Below, one piece after another: positions 60,752-64,000 of a stretch of DNA of 64,000 bases. The first letter of the stretch is position 1. Every line of letters begins with the position of its first letter. The position numbers were made by a program, and so were the translations under genes. Source of the DNA: Thermoanaerobaculia bacterium (GTDB taxonomy: Bacteria > Acidobacteriota > Thermoanaerobaculia > UBA5066); assembly GCA_044229475.1 (NCBI GenBank), contig JBGASW010000003.1, positions 738,425 to 802,424 on the forward strand, given 5' to 3'. The notes under the pieces were generated by a model. It was not told where the DNA came from and made no database searches. It was given only the letters and a program-made list of their open reading frames with translations.

Positions 60752-62152
60752 TCAGTACGCGTTCTTGTGCGTGAAGCCCCACCGGACGGTGGCCCAGAGG
60801 ATCTTCACATCGAGGCCGACGGACCAGTTCTCGATGTAGTACAGGTCGTACTCGATCCGCTTGTCGATCGGCGTGTTGCCGCGCCAGCCGTGGACCTGCG
60901 CCCAGCCCGTGATCCCCGCGCGCACGCGGTGGCGGAGCATGTACTGCGGGAACTTCTCCTTGAACTCCTTGACGAACTCCGGCCGCTCCGGCCGCGGCCC
61001 CACGAGCGACATGTCGCCCGTGAAGACGTTCACGAGCTGCGGCAGCTCGTCGAGCGAGGTCTTGCGCAGGAACGCGCCCACGCGCGTCCGCCGCGGGTCG
61101 TTCTCCTGCGTCCACTGGGCGCCCTCGTCCTCGGCGTCCACGCGCATCGAACGGAACTTGATCATCCGGAAGAGGCGCCCGTCGAGGCCCATGCGCTCCT
61201 GCGCGTAGAACACGGGCCCGCGGTCCTCGAGCCAGATCGCGAGCGCGATAAACGGGAAGAGCACCGCGAGCGCGACGAGGCCGAACGCCGAGAGGACGAC
61301 GTCCATGGTCCGCTTCACGAGCGAGTTCCAGCCCTCGAGCGGCATCTGCGTGAGGTTGATGACGGGCAGCCCGTCGAAGTCCTCGACGCCGGCCTTGAAC
61401 GTGACGTACTGGAAGAGGTCCGGCACGACGCGCAGGTCGATCATCTCGTTGCCGACGTCCTTCAGGATCGCGAGCATCGTGCGGTGCGCCTCGACGGGCA
61501 GCGCGAGGAACACGGTGTCGACCTCGTGCGCGCGGATCAGGTCGCGCACCTCGCCCGTCGTCCCGAGCATGTTCAAGCCGCGATAGTTCTCCCGCCGCTT
61601 GGCCGGGTCGTCGTCCGCGAAGCCGACCGGCTTCATGCCGGTGGCGGGGTGCTCGAGGAGCTTGTCCGCGAGCGCGCGGCCCGAGTGGCCCGCGCCGACG
61701 ATCAGGACGCGGCGAACGCCGGCGCCCGTCGCCCACATCGTCTCGAGGTACTTGCGGATCCCGAAGCGGGCGAGCGAGACGAGGACGATGTCGAGGACGA
61801 GGAACAGGACGAGGAGCTGGCGGCTCGTGTACGTGAAGCCGCGCCAGAAGGAGAGGATGCCGACGAGGAGGATCGTCCCGAGCGTCGCCGCGACGAGGAT
61901 CGAAAGGACCTCGTCGATCGCGGAGCGGTCGCGCCGGATCTGGTACAGGCGGTGGAAGTAGAAGACGACGGGCCAGACGACGAGGAGGATCGGGATCAGC
62001 GGCGTGTAGTTCCCGAACGGCTGCCCGCCCTTGGGCGTCGGCCACACGCTCTCGAAACGGATCAGCCACGCCGCCCAGAGGGCGAGCACGGTCGCGAGCA
62101 CGTCCGCCGTGAGGAAGACGGCCTGCAGGCGGCGGGTCTGTCTGCGGATCAC
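60752..62152 (-). CDS. polyprenyl-phosphate glycosyl-1-phosphate transferase (WbaP/EPS priming sugar transferase)
   Basis: N-terminal TM segments, GAGHSGR Rossmann-like region, [32 protein letters not shown]. Confidence 0.9.
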   Translation of the reverse strand: MIRRQTRRLQAVFLTADVLATVLALWAAWLIRFESVWPTPKGGQPFGNYTPLIPILLVVWPVVFYFHRLYQIRRDRSAIDEVLSILVAATLGTILLVGILSFWRGFTYTSRQLLVLFLVLDIVLVSLARFGIRKYLETMWATGAGVRRVLIVGAGHSGRALADKLLEHPATGMKPVGFADDDPAKRRENYRGLNMLGTTGEVRDLIRAHEVDTVFLALPVEAHRTMLAILKDVGNEMIDLRVVPDLFQYVTFKAGVEDFDGLPVINLTQMPLEGWNSLVKRTMDVVLSAFGLVALAVLFPFIALAIWLEDRGPVFYAQERMGLDGRLFRMIKFRSMRVDAEDEGAQWTQENDPRRTRVGAFLRKTSLDELPQLVNVFTGDMSLVGPRPERPEFVKEFKEKFPQYMLRHRVRAGITGWAQVHGWRGNTPIDKRIEYDLYYIENWSVGLDVKILWATVRWGFTHKNAY

Positions 62153-63276
62153 ACGGTCACCGGGGGCGGCATTTTACTTGGGGATGCGGCCGGGCGTGCG
62201 AGCGCCTCGTCCAGCGCGCGCCGGAATCGCCCGCGGAAGGCTTCCCGCGAGAACCGCGCCGCGTTCGCGACGGCGGCGGCAGGGTCGAGCCTCAGCGACC
62301 GCAGGCGGTCGAAGGCCGCGAGGAGGGAGGCGGCGCCGGGCTCGGGCATGAGGACGCCCGTCTCCCCGTCCCGCACCGTCTCGAGCGCTCCGCCCCGCCC
62401 GAGGGCGATCACGGGCGTGCCGCAGGCCTGCGCCTCGAGGGGCACGATCCCGAAGTCTTCCTCGCCCGGCATGAGGACAGCCTCGGCCGAACGGTAGAGC
62501 TGGCGGAGCATGGTGTCGTTGGGAGTGTCGGCGAAAACCACCGTCTCACCGGCCATCGCCTCCAGCCGCCGGCTCTCCGGGCCGAAGCCGGCGATCGTGA
62601 GGGGGAGCTTCCGGACGTTGGCGGCCGCGATCGCGTCGTCCAGCCTCTTGTAGGGGGCGAGGGCCGAGACGACCAGGAGCCCGCGCCGCTCCCCGCCGGG
62701 GCCCGGCGTGTAGAACTCCGTGTCGACCGGCGGCGAGACGACCGCGGCGTCGCGCCGCCAGAGGCGCGCGATCCGGTCCTTCACGTTCGCCGAGTTCGCG
62801 AGGAACGCGTCGACGCGCGGAACCGTCGCCACGTCCCAGGCCCGGAGCGGGGCGCGCACGAGCCGCGCCGCGGCCACGACCGCCGCGGGCCGCCCGCGGA
62901 AGTACTCGTCGAACTGGTCGTGCAGGTAGCGCACGGGCGTGTGGCAGTAACAGAGATGGAAGGCTCCGGCGTCCTTCTTCGCGTTCTTCGCGACGCAGTG
63001 AGACGTCGAGATCACGAGGTCGTACCCCGAGAGGTCCCACGACTCGGCCGCGGCGAAGAAGAGGGGGAGCAGCGGGCGGTAGTTCCGCGACGGCGACACG
63101 AGCGACTGGAGGAACGTCGTCCGGATCTCCCGCGCCTCGATCTCGGGGTGCTGCGAGCCCGGGAAGTGAAAGAGCGTGAAGACGGGCGCGTCCGGGAACA
63201 TCCGGACGAGCTCGAGCAGCACCTTCTCGCCTCCGCGCGTGCCCGTCAGCCAGTCGTGGACGAGGGCGACTCTCAT
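62149..63276 (-). CDS. glycosyltransferase family 4
   Basis: MRVALVHDWL... N-terminus. EEDFGIVPLEAQACGTPVIA E-x7-E region. Coupled to both neighbours by 4-nt overlaps. Confidence 0.85.
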   Translation of the reverse strand: MRVALVHDWLTGTRGGEKVLLELVRMFPDAPVFTLFHFPGSQHPEIEAREIRTTFLQSLVSPSRNYRPLLPLFFAAAESWDLSGYDLVISTSHCVAKNAKKDAGAFHLCYCHTPVRYLHDQFDEYFRGRPAAVVAAARLVRAPLRAWDVATVPRVDAFLANSANVKDRIARLWRRDAAVVSPPVDTEFYTPGPGGERRGLLVVSALAPYKRLDDAIAAANVRKLPLTIAGFGPESRRLEAMAGETVVFADTPNDTMLRQLYRSAEAVLMPGEEDFGIVPLEAQACGTPVIALGRGGALETVRDGETGVLMPEPGAASLLAAFDRLRSLRLDPAAAVANAARFSREAFRGRFRRALDEALARPAASPSKMPPPVTV

Positions 63277-64000
63277 GAGGAAGAGGGAGGACGATTCTCT
63301 TCGAATGAGTGTGGGTGCGATGCGCCCTCGAAGGGCGTCGGGGCGTCTCCGGCCGTTCCGGCGCCACTCGACCTTCTAAGAAGATCCTCATAGACGTCCG
63401 CGGTTCGCGCCGCCACTTCGTCCCACGAGAACTGCCTTGCCCGTCCCCTTCCTTTCTTTCTAAGCAAATTTCTCTTTTCTTCATCCCCGAGCAGCAGGTT
63501 CAGCGCGTTCGCGATCGTCGCGGCGTCGTGCGGGTTGAAGAAGACGGCCGCCTCTCCCCCCGCCTCGTGGAGCGCCGGAAGGTCCGAGCAGGCGACGGGC
63601 GTGCCGGCCGCATGGGCCTCGAGGACGGGGAGTCCGAAGCCCTCGGCAAAGGAGGGGAGGACGAGCGCCTCGGCGAGCGCCACGAGGGCGGGCACGTCGG
63701 CGTCGGGCACGAACCCGACCGCCTTCGCGCCCTCGGGCAGCTCGCGCGGGCCGGGTTCGACCCCCGCGAGGACGAGCGACAGCGCCGGGTGTTCTGCGCG
63801 CACGTGCGGCCACGCGCGCAGGAGGCCCTCGAGGTTCTTGTGCGGCTTGTCGTTGCCCAGGAAAAGAAGAAAAGAAGAGATTTCTTTTGAAAGTGAATCG
63901 GGCCGGGGCACCTGACCTTCGGACGCCGCCGCCTCGTCGCGCGCAGCCGCCACCCTCTTCCCCCATTCGAAGAACTCTTCTCTTACGCCATTCGGAATTA
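63273..64000 (-). CDS. glycosyltransferase family 4, N-terminus off-window
   Basis: Frame is open to nt 64000 (IPNGV motif encoded at the window edge). LFLGNDKPHKNL, PSFAEGFGLPVLEAHAAGTPV, FSWDEVA. Confidence 0.8.
   Translation of the reverse strand, partial: IPNGVREEFFEWGKRVAAARDEAAASEGQVPRPDSLSKEISSFLLFLGNDKPHKNLEGLLRAWPHVRAEHPALSLVLAGVEPGPRELPEGAKAVGFVPDADVPALVALAEALVLPSFAEGFGLPVLEAHAAGTPVACSDLPALHEAGGEAAVFFNPHDAATIANALNLLLGDEEKRNLLRKKGRGRARQFSWDEVAARTADVYEDLLRRSSGAGTAGDAPTPFEGASHPHSFEENRPPSSS
63293..63386. repeat. palindromic low-GC element, copy D (translated as the C-terminal tail of the GT4 gene)
   Basis: Plus strand GATTCTCTTCGAATGAGTGTGGG ... core ... CCACTCGACCTTCTAAGAAGATC. A further arm-like CCTTTCTTTCTAAGCAAATTTCTCTTTTCTTC lies at 63451-63482. 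Confidence 0.8.
63861..63984. repeat. palindromic low-GC element, copy F (in frame inside the partial GT4 gene)
   Basis: AG-rich flank GAAAAGAAGAAAAGAAGAGA, left arm GATTTCTTTTGAAAGTGAATCGGG, GC-rich core, right arm CCCCATTCGAAGAACTCTTCTCTT. Confidence 0.6.

Noticed and set aside
63293-63482. Alternation of about 25-nt conserved arms with 48-65-nt unique GC-rich stretches, which looks superficially like a CRISPR array.
   Set aside because: Arms are imperfect and inverted rather than direct. The would-be spacers encode conserved GT4 residues. Spacing is irregular and no cas genes are present.

Overview
This is a high-GC (roughly 70% by eye) chromosomal segment from a diderm bacterium. It carries KDO/LPS genes kdsA-D, a LolA-like carrier, a TonB-type receptor and several beta-barrel proteins. 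I cannot place the lineage from sequence alone. I call 55 protein genes. I found no rRNA, tRNA, CRISPR array, transposase or integrase. Most of the window is tightly packed housekeeping: lon, nrdR, thiL, the KDO pathway, pyrG, purH, recA, murB, a DEAD-box helicase, a MoxR-DUF58-transglutaminase operon and EPS glycosyltransferases. Many genes overlap at start/stop by 1-14 nt. The many long alternative-frame ORFs in the track are GC artefacts. Two things stand out. (1) An accessory minus-strand locus lies at 27.7-35.8 kb. It encodes a 1750-aa secreted protein (ten Ig-like repeats plus a beta-helix), three tandem phage-tail-collar (MdpB-like) paralogs and a GNAT, flanked by a divergent pair of small paralogous proteins. 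There is no other phage gene in sight. This is my best candidate for an uncharacterised system. (2) A family of roughly 90-115 bp low-GC palindromic elements has conserved arms built on the core TTCTWAGAA (GATTTCTTAGAAGGGTGA ... TCACCTTCTAAGAAAATC) around variable GC-rich cores. Copies sit at gene boundaries, supply stop codons, and in several cases appear to be translated in frame with the stop mutated away. They give tails or inserts in murB, manC, kdsB and two GT4 genes. A tandemly duplicated secreted-protein pair at 58.6-60.7 kb shares a module with the giant protein.
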